Source: a virus. Taken from it: DNA of 64,000 nucleotides. The notes beneath the pieces were generated by a model. It ran no database searches, was not told where the DNA came from, and saw only the letters and a program-made list of their open reading frames with translations. A program made the translations under genes and the position numbers. The DNA is taken from positions 64,001-128,000 of the IMG/VR virus record IMGVR_UViG_3300028384_000991; one strand, given 5' to 3'. Shown here piece by piece: positions 19,589 through 28,588 of this stretch (the first letter of the stretch is position 1; each line of letters opens with the position of its first letter).

Positions 19589-20126
19589 TCAGTCCTCCAA
19601 AAGTTTCAGTATTCACAACTCTAACATCTAAACTTTTATTAGATGCTATTGCCGCATACAATCTTGTTCTGCCATCAATTACGTATCTTCCACTGTCTAA
19701 TTCCATTACCAACGGTGGTCGACAAGTTCCGTTTTCAATTGCTTCAAGAATTGGCTCTAAAGGAAATTCTCTTTCTCTGTAATCACGTTTATCACGTAAT
19801 TGCATTTCCTTAATATATGCTTCTTTATAACCGTCTTTTCCTCTAATGTCTTTTAATCGCATAAACATATAAGGATCTTCCGGCATATTTGCTAAGTTAT
19901 TTAAGCCAATAATTTCGTCAACTGACATATTTTGGACAACTACTTTTGCAAGTATTTTGCCCATTCTTTTTGCTACATCTTCACGTAGATAATCTTCTGT
20001 TGGTACGTATCTTTGTTTATTGCCTAAATTAACAGGCAAACTGTGTACAAAGTCCCTTACATCAGGCTCTGGACAACCGATCAATTCGTATGCATCTAAA
20101 AAGTTTTCGTCTTGTAATTCGCTCAT
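19575..20126 (-). CDS. ParB/Srx-like domain protein
   Basis: PPLV...YVIDGRTRLYAA; start reassigned to ATGA overlap at 20126. Confidence 0.6.
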   Translation of the reverse strand: MSELQDENFLDAYELIGCPEPDVRDFVHSLPVNLGNKQRYVPTEDYLREDVAKRMGKILAKVVVQNMSVDEIIGLNNLANMPEDPYMFMRLKDIRGKDGYKEAYIKEMQLRDKRDYREREFPLEPILEAIENGTCRPPLVMELDSGRYVIDGRTRLYAAIASNKSLDVRVVNTETFGGLNDEN

Positions 20127-20311
20127 GCTGATAATGATCCTACTGGTTTGCACACATATTTTACAGTATCCCAGTCACCATCAATAGGAAGTTCTGTGTA
20201 GACAGGTAGCATACTTTCACATTCTGCTTGAGAGTCAAAACGTTGCACATCTTGTTCTATACAAGTTGATCCTAAACAAACTGTAAGTAAGATATGCCAA
20301 ATAATTTCCAT
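20123..20311 (-). CDS. Small Cys-containing hypothetical protein
   Basis: 62 aa, hydrophobic N-terminus, 4 Cys, coupled on both sides. Confidence 0.65.
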   Translation of the reverse strand: MEIIWHILLTVCLGSTCIEQDVQRFDSQAECESMLPVYTELPIDGDWDTVKYVCKPVGSLSA

Positions 20312-21291
20312 TATGCATACCTTGCATTTAGAGGTTCGCTATAACTCTGCACTTGTTCTGAAATTCTATTAAGTTCGTGTTTAGCACAGAACTTCATAAG
20401 TTTCACACCAACTTGAGCAACTTCTTTAGGCTTACTATTATCTGCAATAACCTGTGCTAAGATTTGTTTAATTTCATCTGGCTGTGCGGATAAATCACAA
20501 AGTGTTACATTGCGTTGATAGTCTTCAAGCACACGATGTTCTACACCTTCATGATCAATCCAACGTTGTAGCATCATATTATTCCAGTTATAACCTTTGC
20601 TATCTTTGTCAGCAAATGCTTCTTTTAAGCCTACTTTGTTTTTAGTGCCTTTTACTCTAACACCAGGATATGCTGAGAACACATTATCACTTGTGTCACC
20701 ACGCATACACTTTTCAAATAGTAACCATTGCGGATCGGGTGCCGCCTTAGGCTCGTTAGTTTTCTTGTCTACCACAGGTTTACCTTTATCATCAAAGTAA
20801 CCTTCGTGTGTAACTGTTACGTTTTGTACACCATTGTACTGCTTTACATTGGGAGCAATTAATTGTGCAAAATCTCCGTCAGTTGAAATAATAACATGAT
20901 TGTCATTAGGATGTGATTGTATCCAACCTGCAATTAAATCATCTGCTTCGAGTTGCGGATGTTGTAAAACAGTACAATTAGTTTTGTTTGTAACAAAGTC
21001 TTTAAACTCGTCAAACATTTCCCAGAATACTTCTTCTTCCTCTTGCTGACTTGCAGTTAGTGCCGCACGAGCATCACTTCTATTTCTTTTGTAAGGCTCG
21101 TAATAATCTTTACGCCAACTGCGTCCTTCAAGACAAAATATAACATGACTGCCGTCAAAGTCTTGCCATGCTTTCCTAATACCGTTTAAAGTAATATGAA
21201 AAGCCATGCCAACTTTATCTGTAAGGTTACCTCGTACTACGTGTCTTGCACGAAAGAAAGTGTTAGCAGTATCTACAAGAATATAGTTCAT
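20311..21291 (-). CDS. rnh: T4 RNase H-like 5'-3' exonuclease
   Basis: LVDTAN, SWRK..YK.NR, LEADDLIA, STDGDF, GDTSDN. Confidence 0.9.
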   Translation of the reverse strand: MNYILVDTANTFFRARHVVRGNLTDKVGMAFHITLNGIRKAWQDFDGSHVIFCLEGRSWRKDYYEPYKRNRSDARAALTASQQEEEEVFWEMFDEFKDFVTNKTNCTVLQHPQLEADDLIAGWIQSHPNDNHVIISTDGDFAQLIAPNVKQYNGVQNVTVTHEGYFDDKGKPVVDKKTNEPKAAPDPQWLLFEKCMRGDTSDNVFSAYPGVRVKGTKNKVGLKEAFADKDSKGYNWNNMMLQRWIDHEGVEHRVLEDYQRNVTLCDLSAQPDEIKQILAQVIADNSKPKEVAQVGVKLMKFCAKHELNRISEQVQSYSEPLNARYA

Positions 21292-21506
21292 TTTTTACCC
21301 TTAAAATATTTTTCACTGTACCATTTATAAAATGCAGGATCAGTAAAAAACTCTGCAACATGACTTGCTGGAACTTGATCGCTTCTAATACATTCGGCAA
21401 GAGATTCATATTCATACGTATCTACTTTACGTTTCATAGGTTTATCTTTAAAATTCTCTGCCAATGTCTTAACCATTCTATAGTTCTTTTCCGAATCCAT
21501 AGTCAT
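21288..21506 (-). CDS. Hypothetical protein (true start may be ATG 21500)
   Basis: Short ORF directly after a consensus promoter. Confidence 0.65.
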   Translation of the reverse strand: MTMDSEKNYRMVKTLAENFKDKPMKRKVDTYEYESLAECIRSDQVPASHVAEFFTDPAFYKWYSEKYFKGKK

Positions 21507-21535
21507 ATTATACTATTTTTTAGGTGTGTTGTCAA
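21507..21535 (-). promoter_or_regulatory. Sigma70-type promoter
   Basis: TTGACA-17 nt-TATAAT. Confidence 0.85.
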
Positions 21536-22223
21536 CCTGTTGTTTTGCTTTTTCTTGAATTTCTTTTAGAACTTCTTGGTTCATAAAAGGAATAGCATTC
21601 ATTTCTTTGTGATCAAAACTGTTGGTTAATCTTAGATCAAATGCAACACTAATACGAATATCATCTCTTGTATGTGGTTCTACATAGTGAGGTGTACAAC
21701 TTGGAAACATAACACATCCACCTTTTTTATTAGGTAGTGCAATTTTTGATTCCGGGTCAAAGTTTGAATGATATACAGTGTTTGTATGATAATCGCCAAA
21801 GTGCATATTACCACTTAGATAAGAATCAGGCTGTGCACCATGTGCGTGTGAATCCATACCTTCGTCTTTGCGTAAGATATTTGCCCAACAAACAATCTGT
21901 AAGTCTTTTAATTCTAATTGCTGTTTCTGTACATATTCAAGATATGAATATCTTAAAAAGGTTAACAGTTCTTTGAAAGCAGGTTCGTCTTGTTCTAACA
22001 AATTATATCTACCAAAACGTGTAGTAATATGATTTTCGTTTAAACCTGTGCCGCCCGTATTAGTATATTCATAATCAAGAATAGTCTTTTCGTTCTTTTC
22101 AATCCACTCGTGAATTTTATCCACGTGTTCAAGATCAGTCCAGTTTGTAAGCCAAAGTGGAATGTTCCAACTTGGAGCAAACTCTGTTTGTGGGTGATAA
22201 CTTTTAATTCTAATTAGCGACAT
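21513..22223 (-). CDS. Fe(II)/2OG oxygenase
   Basis: WANIL...HAH...LSGN...FPS..PH.V...RISVAFD. Confidence 0.8.
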   Translation of the reverse strand: MSLIRIKSYHPQTEFAPSWNIPLWLTNWTDLEHVDKIHEWIEKNEKTILDYEYTNTGGTGLNENHITTRFGRYNLLEQDEPAFKELLTFLRYSYLEYVQKQQLELKDLQIVCWANILRKDEGMDSHAHGAQPDSYLSGNMHFGDYHTNTVYHSNFDPESKIALPNKKGGCVMFPSCTPHYVEPHTRDDIRISVAFDLRLTNSFDHKEMNAIPFMNQEVLKEIQEKAKQQVDNTPKK

Positions 22224-22591
22224 TACTTAACCTCCGATTTACCATCACCTAAGTTTTTGGTATTAATGAATCCTGCACCTCGATTAGGATCGTGTCCTTC
22301 GTCAGCAAGAACATTCCTTGCAAGATCTTTAAACCACATATCAACAATTTCTTCATTTGATTCACCTGAATAACCTGCATCAAGTAACTGTTCAATAAAT
22401 TCATTGTTCCAATCAAGTTCAAAGAAACCATTGCGAATGTTATCTTTGTTAACCTGTGTATCAAGTACACCAACCCAAGGTTTTTTAGCCTTAGTTGCGG
22501 CTTCTTTTTCTTTCATCATCAAGTCACGATGTGAAAGTTCTTTTTCATTCGTGCTTGGCTTTTTAAACATATTTTTAAGTTTGTCCATCAT
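22223..22591 (-). CDS. Hypothetical phage protein
   Basis: 122-aa coupled ORF. Confidence 0.75.
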   Translation of the reverse strand: MMDKLKNMFKKPSTNEKELSHRDLMMKEKEAATKAKKPWVGVLDTQVNKDNIRNGFFELDWNNEFIEQLLDAGYSGESNEEIVDMWFKDLARNVLADEGHDPNRGAGFINTKNLGDGKSEVK

Positions 22592-22633
22592 AATCCGGCC
22601 TTCCTTGCTTTTACGTCAGGCGCTTCTTCCTCC

Positions 22634-23530
22634 TTAAGTTCCCCAGGCGTTTCCGAAGATGTCGACGTGTAGTCTGGGTGTATAGCGCCAACCTCGCTCC
22701 ATTGCCAATGTTGCGACTCCTCTGGTGTTGAGTTTGTATTCTTCCGATCTGCCACCCAAGGGCATAACGTATACAGGGCAATCAATCCCTTCTTTGCGGA
22801 ATGCATCAACTGCTTTAGATACTTCGTCCACATCATATTCATCAGCGACCACAAACTTGAAATACATATCACTATTAGGAATGTTGTAGTAACTACGAGC
22901 AATGTCAGGCTTGATAGCAGTATCCCAAGGCTCTCCGCTAACGGAAAGTTTTGGACTGCACGACCAAGTGACTTTGAATCTGTTTTGAGTTTCGAGATAT
23001 TCTCGGAAATCATCTCTGAGAGTTTGTGTTGTATTTGTTTCAAACGTAACATTTTTTAGATCCTCCATACGAGGGTGTTCGAATAGTTCGGCGTAAAATC
23101 TTTGCCACCCCAACAAAGGTTCACCACCTGTTAAAATAAAATGAACATCCTGTCCATTATCCATTGTCCACTTACCTTGCGGAGTAAGACTTAAAATATG
23201 CTCAACAACTTCATCAACTGTTCTATCGTTCATATATTTTTTAAATTCAGGATAGATACTTGCATAAGTATCACAGCCTGTATGTACAATAGGCAATTCT
23301 TCAAATGTTTTAATTTTGTCAGTAACACCGTCATCAAGCAATGCTTTAACTTCACTGTTGTGTTTAACACCGTTAGCAAGTTTTTCATCACGCATAGGTT
23401 CACCTCTTGCTAAACCAAAGTTCATGCAACGGAAGTTACAACCAAATGTTCTTAAGAATACAGAAGGAACACCAACAAAGCGTCCTTCTCCTTGCACACT
23501 GTAAAATGCTTCACTATATCTTAGTTTCAT
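22634..23530 (-). CDS. queE: 7-carboxy-7-deazaguanine synthase (radical SAM)
   Basis: EAFYSVQGEG..VGVPSVFLRTFGCNFRC...CDT, TGGEP, SPKL, PRLHV. Confidence 0.92.
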   Translation of the reverse strand: MKLRYSEAFYSVQGEGRFVGVPSVFLRTFGCNFRCMNFGLARGEPMRDEKLANGVKHNSEVKALLDDGVTDKIKTFEELPIVHTGCDTYASIYPEFKKYMNDRTVDEVVEHILSLTPQGKWTMDNGQDVHFILTGGEPLLGWQRFYAELFEHPRMEDLKNVTFETNTTQTLRDDFREYLETQNRFKVTWSCSPKLSVSGEPWDTAIKPDIARSYYNIPNSDMYFKFVVADEYDVDEVSKAVDAFRKEGIDCPVYVMPLGGRSEEYKLNTRGVATLAMERGWRYTPRLHVDIFGNAWGT

Positions 23531-23697
23531 TCTTTCACCTGTACCAATGGCTCATTGTAATATGAGTCGTGATAGTCGCCATCCTTTTGATATTGACGTA
23601 CAGACGTATCTTTTACAAGACGTCCGTCTTTGACAGTATAGGTAGTGTAAATCTCTTTGATTACACCTTCCTTAGATCTTTCCATATGCGATTTCAT
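23527..23697 (-). CDS. Small hypothetical protein (56 aa)
   Basis: ATG 23697 with AAGGAAGG upstream; ATGA coupling to queE. Confidence 0.65.
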   Translation of the reverse strand: MKSHMERSKEGVIKEIYTTYTVKDGRLVKDTSVRQYQKDGDYHDSYYNEPLVQVKE

Positions 23698-23707
23698 TGG
23701 GCCTTCC

Positions 23708-24394
23708 TTAGTCACGTGCAAACTCCTGTTGTAATTTAATGTTATCCATAAATTCTTTTTTAGTACCTGGATCATTAGCAAACGCACCTTTAAGCACAGT
23801 TGTCTGTGTTAAACTACTCTTTGCCATAATACCTCTGTTCTCACAACAACCATGTGTTGCTTGAACATATACACCTACGTTTTCAGAACCTGTTGCTTTC
23901 ATAATCTCACGAGCAATGTCATTGTTTAGTTCTTCTTGCAGTGTACCACGTCTTGCACACCATTGTGCAATTCTTGTGTATTTCGATAAACCAATAAGTG
24001 TATCAGCGGCAATAATACCAATATATGCCACACCGCCTACTGGCTGATGATGATGTGAACAAACACTTTTAAGTTCGCTTCGTACAACAAGCATACCTTT
24101 GTAACCATCATCTATATGATTAGGAAATGCAGTTGCATTAGGCATAGGATTATACCTACCACTCATTAGTTCATTGTAATACATTTTTGCAAGACGTCTT
24201 GCAGTATCTTGTGAATTTGGATCGTTGTGACGATCAATAATTAACCTATCAAGAACAGATTCAAAAGCCTCTGTTGCTTCATCTATCAAAATATCTTTTT
24301 CACCTTTAAAAATATATTCTGATATATTATCGCCTGCCCAATAACGTTTGTTATTGTCTGTAATACGTTTTGTTACTTCTTCATATTTTTTCAA
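23708..24394 (-). CDS. folE: GTP cyclohydrolase I
   Basis: SVCSHH, GLSKYTR, LQEEL, HGCCENRG; TTG start with GGAG SD. Confidence 0.95.
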   Translation of the reverse strand: MKKYEEVTKRITDNNKRYWAGDNISEYIFKGEKDILIDEATEAFESVLDRLIIDRHNDPNSQDTARRLAKMYYNELMSGRYNPMPNATAFPNHIDDGYKGMLVVRSELKSVCSHHHQPVGGVAYIGIIAADTLIGLSKYTRIAQWCARRGTLQEELNNDIAREIMKATGSENVGVYVQATHGCCENRGIMAKSSLTQTTVLKGAFANDPGTKKEFMDNIKLQQEFARD

Positions 24395-24438
24395 TTTACT
24401 TCTCCGAGTTATAGACGTGGATGTCTATTATTGTTTAC

Positions 24439-24467
24439 ATTATATACTTTATTTAGGTTTTTGTCAA
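24439..24467 (-). promoter_or_regulatory. Sigma70-type promoter of folE-queE
   Basis: TTGACA-17 nt-TATAAT (spacer also contains TAAATA). Confidence 0.85.
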
Positions 24468-24480
24468 GTATATTATACAC

Positions 24481-24687
24481 TTAAAAATACTTTTTGAGCA
24501 TTTCGATTTGATCATCATATTCTGCTACAATGTTCAATTCTTTTTCAATTGCTTCAAGAATATCAGGATGTTCTCCAACACCTGCCGCATTATGGAAATA
24601 TACTTCAATATTTGCTTTGTGTTTTGCAATATGTCCTTCTGCGTGTTTGATCATTGCTTCTTTCATTAGTTCTCTATCGTAGGCCAT
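24481..24687 (-). CDS. Small hypothetical phage protein
   Basis: 68 aa with GVGEHPDI motif. Confidence 0.75.
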   Translation of the reverse strand: MAYDRELMKEAMIKHAEGHIAKHKANIEVYFHNAAGVGEHPDILEAIEKELNIVAEYDDQIEMLKKYF

Positions 24688-24689
24688 TG

Positions 24690-25508
24690 TTATTCCTTTC
24701 CTATGTTTGGGACAAATTCATTTGCAATTAATTGGTGAGCCTCTACATTGTAGTGTTCGTCATCAATTGTGAATGAATCTGTATTGCTTTTACTTTCCAA
24801 AAACTCTCTAATGTTTTGGTTAGCAACTTTACCATATGAACAGTCACCAAGCATATTTAGATCTTTAGGTAACCATGTGTTCTCATTAATGGCAAAGATT
24901 TTTAATTCTGCATTGTTTTCTTTGCAGAGTGTATTCCAAAGATATACTTCTTTGAAAAAACTTCTTTGTGCTACAACAGTCATTAGTTCATACCATGCCT
25001 TCAGTCTTTGATATCCTTCTTGTTGTAGATTGGGGTCTTGAATGTCAAATGGTTCAAACGTAAAACCAATTGACGGATTAACTGCATAATCTCCTGCAAC
25101 TGTTATTCTTCCTGTATCAAAACTTTTATTTTCATCGTCCCACATATTGATATTGTAACAGTCTATACGTCCTTTAGTTTCTTCTAAGTTCATATGACGT
25201 TCAAGTGGAACTATGTTTTCGTAGTGGCAAGGATTTTGAAAACCAAATCTAAACCTATTCCAGTAAGTTTGTTGTATTACAACTTCATCTATGTCATTGT
25301 ATTTCTTAAATAGAAATGCAAGACGTTCACTGTAGTCATACCAACCTCTTCCAGGACAAGCAAAAATTACACCGTCTTTGTTTTGATTGTTTATATAAAA
25401 CTCTGCCCAGTTGTTATCATTCCAACGATCACGTTGACCTTGTTGCTGACTATAACTATAGCCTGCACTATGACTACAACCTATGACAGCAGTTCTCATT
25501 ATACGCAA
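24690..25508 (-). CDS. SGNH/GDSL-like protein
   Basis: VIGCSHSAG (block I Ser) and DDEHY (DxxH). Confidence 0.6.
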   Translation of the reverse strand: MRIMRTAVIGCSHSAGYSYSQQQGQRDRWNDNNWAEFYINNQNKDGVIFACPGRGWYDYSERLAFLFKKYNDIDEVVIQQTYWNRFRFGFQNPCHYENIVPLERHMNLEETKGRIDCYNINMWDDENKSFDTGRITVAGDYAVNPSIGFTFEPFDIQDPNLQQEGYQRLKAWYELMTVVAQRSFFKEVYLWNTLCKENNAELKIFAINENTWLPKDLNMLGDCSYGKVANQNIREFLESKSNTDSFTIDDEHYNVEAHQLIANEFVPNIGKE

Positions 25509-25909
25509 TCACCTTCAACAAATAAACTTGGTTGTCTTGGATCAGGAACAGTATACTTTTGCATATGTGGAATAACACCACGTACACCGCCCTTAGGATC
25601 TGCCATATCGCCTTTGCGTCTTGGAATTAAATGTACGTGTGGCCACATAACAGTTTGTCCGGCTTCTTTGCCAACATTCTGTCCTAAGTTGTAACTATCA
25701 CAGTAGCCTTTTTGTACCCAATCGTATCCCCAAGCATAAGCGGCCTTGTAACACTTTTCTAATTTCTCCCAAGTTTCTTCTTTAGGAACAAAAAGAATAT
25801 GTCCTTCTGTAACCGGAAAGCCATCTCTAAATACTGTAAAATCTTTTGTATCAACAAGCACGTCTTTCCAAGGTACTTCGCTAAATGAATTAATGTTTTG
25901 CTGGCTCAT
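25499..25909 (-). CDS. HIT family nucleotide hydrolase
   Basis: DGFPVTEGHILFVPK, NLGQNVG..AGQTVMWPHVHLIPR; start reassigned to 25909. Confidence 0.9.
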   Translation of the reverse strand: MSQQNINSFSEVPWKDVLVDTKDFTVFRDGFPVTEGHILFVPKEETWEKLEKCYKAAYAWGYDWVQKGYCDSYNLGQNVGKEAGQTVMWPHVHLIPRRKGDMADPKGGVRGVIPHMQKYTVPDPRQPSLFVEGDCV

Positions 25910-26609
25910 ATGTTTCCTCATAAAAATGACAACTATACCCTTTGCCGTTAGTATCGCCGCCTTGGTTATCAACTTCAATTTCTTTTTCACCGTATGTAAC
26001 TTTTTCAATTACACATTCACCGTTTGGTAATTCCATTTCGTGTACCACAAGTTTTTTAACATCAAACTGTTCGCCTTTAAGATGTAAAATACCATCAAAG
26101 AATGTTCCTTTTTCATGGCTGATCATTTGTGCATACCAACCTTTAGGTAGTACTGCATACTCGTCATTAATTGTAGAATCAATCTCATGCTCGTCATACA
26201 GTTCTTCATAATTTACATTTTCGCAAATAGTATTCAATATCTTAGAATTATATTCTGCACTGTCAACTTCTTCTATAGTAATATTTGCATTGCCAGTTAC
26301 AACTCCAAAAGTGTGCAGTTCTTCATTTGGTGATTCATACCATTGAGCGTGTTGTTCGTATTCCGAATCCCATAGGAAGTCTGCTTCTTGTGGAATGTCA
26401 TGTGTTTTGCGAAATTCTTCTGCATCTGCCATATATTCGTCTGCACTAATATCATCGTCCTTTGTTTCGTTCCACCATTCTGCACATTTCTCACTGATAG
26501 GACACCATGCCATTTCAGCACCATAACCCCAGGCAGTAATTCTAATAAATGTTTCTGGCTTGCGAATATTTTCTAACAGTTCAAGATTTTCTTCAGTAGT
26601 AAAAGACAT
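25890..26609 (-). CDS. Acidic hypothetical protein
   Basis: ORF starts at TAATG overlap 26609. Confidence 0.7.
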   Translation of the reverse strand: MSFTTEENLELLENIRKPETFIRITAWGYGAEMAWCPISEKCAEWWNETKDDDISADEYMADAEEFRKTHDIPQEADFLWDSEYEQHAQWYESPNEELHTFGVVTGNANITIEEVDSAEYNSKILNTICENVNYEELYDEHEIDSTINDEYAVLPKGWYAQMISHEKGTFFDGILHLKGEQFDVKKLVVHEMELPNGECVIEKVTYGEKEIEVDNQGGDTNGKGYSCHFYEETYEPAKH

Positions 26610-27136
26610 TAATAAACTCCTACGTTTTCCCAAGGATAAACAAGCCATACATCCTCTTCTGCTTTGTTTACTTCATCGCAAGAGTATGATACACCGTCAA
26701 ACTCACTGCTTAAATTTTCTGTTAATGTTGCAAAGCGAACATTGTCTCCCCAAACGTTTGCCCAGTGTTCATGATGAGGCAAACAACTTGATTGCCAATC
26801 TTCCATAATCCACTTAAACGTAGCACCTGTGTCATTAATGTCATCTACAATAAGAATATTCTTTTTGTTTTCACCACCATCGCTGTCAGGATTGCCAAAT
26901 GCATCTTCGCTCATCCAAGCATTAGTTTCTAAATGGCTTGCACTATCTCGTAGTGCAACCTTAAGTGCTTCGCAACGAATGCCAGTCATATTTGAAATAA
27001 TAGTAGCAGGAACATTGCCGCCGCGTGTAATACCTACAATATAATCAGGACGCCAGTTGTCTTTGTACATTTGATTTACAATACTGACGCACATATTTTC
27101 TACGTCTTGCCAACTATAGTAGTGTTTCTTAATCAT
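26609..27136 (-). CDS. Purine phosphoribosyltransferase (Gpt-like)
   Basis: IVGITRGG, ILIVDDINDTGAT PRPP loop, VYPWE. Confidence 0.9.
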   Translation of the reverse strand: MIKKHYYSWQDVENMCVSIVNQMYKDNWRPDYIVGITRGGNVPATIISNMTGIRCEALKVALRDSASHLETNAWMSEDAFGNPDSDGGENKKNILIVDDINDTGATFKWIMEDWQSSCLPHHEHWANVWGDNVRFATLTENLSSEFDGVSYSCDEVNKAEEDVWLVYPWENVGVY

Positions 27137-27767
27137 GACCCCTCCTAATTTCTAATAAGTCTTGATTTCCTTTTTCTACAATAATACCAGTTCCGTTTCC
27201 GAAACCTGCATTAACAAATTTAAGTGCAGGAACAAATCTTGCACTTGATCTAAAACCAGTAGCACTGTGGTTGATACTGCTTTTAAAAAAACAAAAGCGT
27301 CCAGGAATAGGCGCAACACTAACTACAAGTGGATTAGTATTTCCTTGAACATCTTTAAGTTCATAACCTTCTAAGTCTTCAGTTGTAATAAAAAACTTAG
27401 TTTCTCCTTTTTCGTCAGGTTGCCATTTGCTATTACAGTAATATAAAAGTGTCCAATCACAATCATCTTTGTGATAGTATGCATCTTCTCCTGTAGCAAA
27501 AAAGTTTAAATTGCTTCTACGATATTCTAAACCTTCAAGGTCTTCTAATTTTTCTTGCACAACATTCCAAAGAGTTGACCATGTATGTGTATGTTCAAAT
27601 TCAAAACATTGTAAACCTGTAGGAGGTTGATCTGGGTTATCTCTGGTACCCCATTTAAAACTTAAATTTTGTATTTCGTTTTCAAGGATTTGTATAACTT
27701 TAGGACTGAAGACATTGTCATATGTTTTGATCAAACCACCAAAATAATTTGTGCGTTTAATCTCCAT
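27129..27767 (-). CDS. Fe(II)/2OG oxygenase (prolyl-hydroxylase-like)
   Basis: YHKD...TLLYY.N..W....GET.F...PGR...HSA...R. Confidence 0.8.
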   Translation of the reverse strand: MEIKRTNYFGGLIKTYDNVFSPKVIQILENEIQNLSFKWGTRDNPDQPPTGLQCFEFEHTHTWSTLWNVVQEKLEDLEGLEYRRSNLNFFATGEDAYYHKDDCDWTLLYYCNSKWQPDEKGETKFFITTEDLEGYELKDVQGNTNPLVVSVAPIPGRFCFFKSSINHSATGFRSSARFVPALKFVNAGFGNGTGIIVEKGNQDLLEIRRGHD

Positions 27768-28275
27768 GCTTTGCTCCAATACCTAAATACTTCTCATTGT
27801 GTATCCACTTGTAACCGCGATCTTCAATTGTGTCACCACCATGCCAAGGAAGAAATCCCCATTCTTTTTGTTTACGACCCATGTAAAATAAACTTGTGCA
27901 AGGAATGTCGTTTCCGTCTTTGTCCTTGGCAAGTTCTAACCAATGCAGGTCATCTGCTTTTCTATAACGAAAATGTCCAGGACCTCTCCATACTCTTGTG
28001 CTACCAACAACTCCGCCTGTTGTAGAATTGCGTAATGGAATATGTTCCCAGTATCCACCCTTGAGAATAAGAGTAGCATAGTTCCAAGGATGATCATGTA
28101 ATGTAGGTTCATCTCCTACAAGGATTTTATGTAGTGTAATGTTGAAAGGAAATTTCTTTCTATCTTTTAGAAAAATATAATATCTAATAAGATACGGAAC
28201 CTTTCCATCTCTATCATAGATAGTTCTTTTACGTCCTAATAGTTCCATTAATTTAGAAAGGAATTTCATCATCAC
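27757..28275 (-). CDS. Cupin-fold protein
   Basis: LHDHPWN...GGYWE...HWLEL. Confidence 0.7.
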   Translation of the reverse strand: MMMKFLSKLMELLGRKRTIYDRDGKVPYLIRYYIFLKDRKKFPFNITLHKILVGDEPTLHDHPWNYATLILKGGYWEHIPLRNSTTGGVVGSTRVWRGPGHFRYRKADDLHWLELAKDKDGNDIPCTSLFYMGRKQKEWGFLPWHGGDTIEDRGYKWIHNEKYLGIGAKHGD

Positions 28276-28588
28276 CTCTATTTTTATAGTCGTCCTTGAC
28301 TAAGTTGTATACTTCAATAAACTTTTGGTATTGAATCTTTAATGCGGGATAAACTTTAACCATTTCTCCAATTTCATATTCAGTAGGCCATGCACCTAAA
28401 CTACTTGGCATATAATCGCCAGTAATTGTAAAACTTGGAGTTACGTGGGGGTGTGCATCATACTCATCATTGTTTAAAGAAACAGTATATGTTCCATCAG
28501 TTTCCCATGTATCATCTGTTGCTATAGTAATACCGTCTACCATACCTTGACTATCATACGAAACTTTGTAATTGTTATCATCACCCAT
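28253..28588 (-). CDS. Hypothetical protein
   Basis: 111-aa coupled ORF. Confidence 0.65.
   Translation of the reverse strand: MGDDNNYKVSYDSQGMVDGITIATDDTWETDGTYTVSLNNDEYDAHPHVTPSFTITGDYMPSSLGAWPTEYEIGEMVKVYPALKIQYQKFIEVYNLVKDDYKNRGDDEIPF

Noticed and set aside
24392-24432. Calling the folE leader a canonical preQ1-I or THF-II riboswitch
   Set aside because: The loop is too short and lacks the preQ1-I A-rich tail; THF-II similarity could not be assessed by eye; kept only as a candidate novel element
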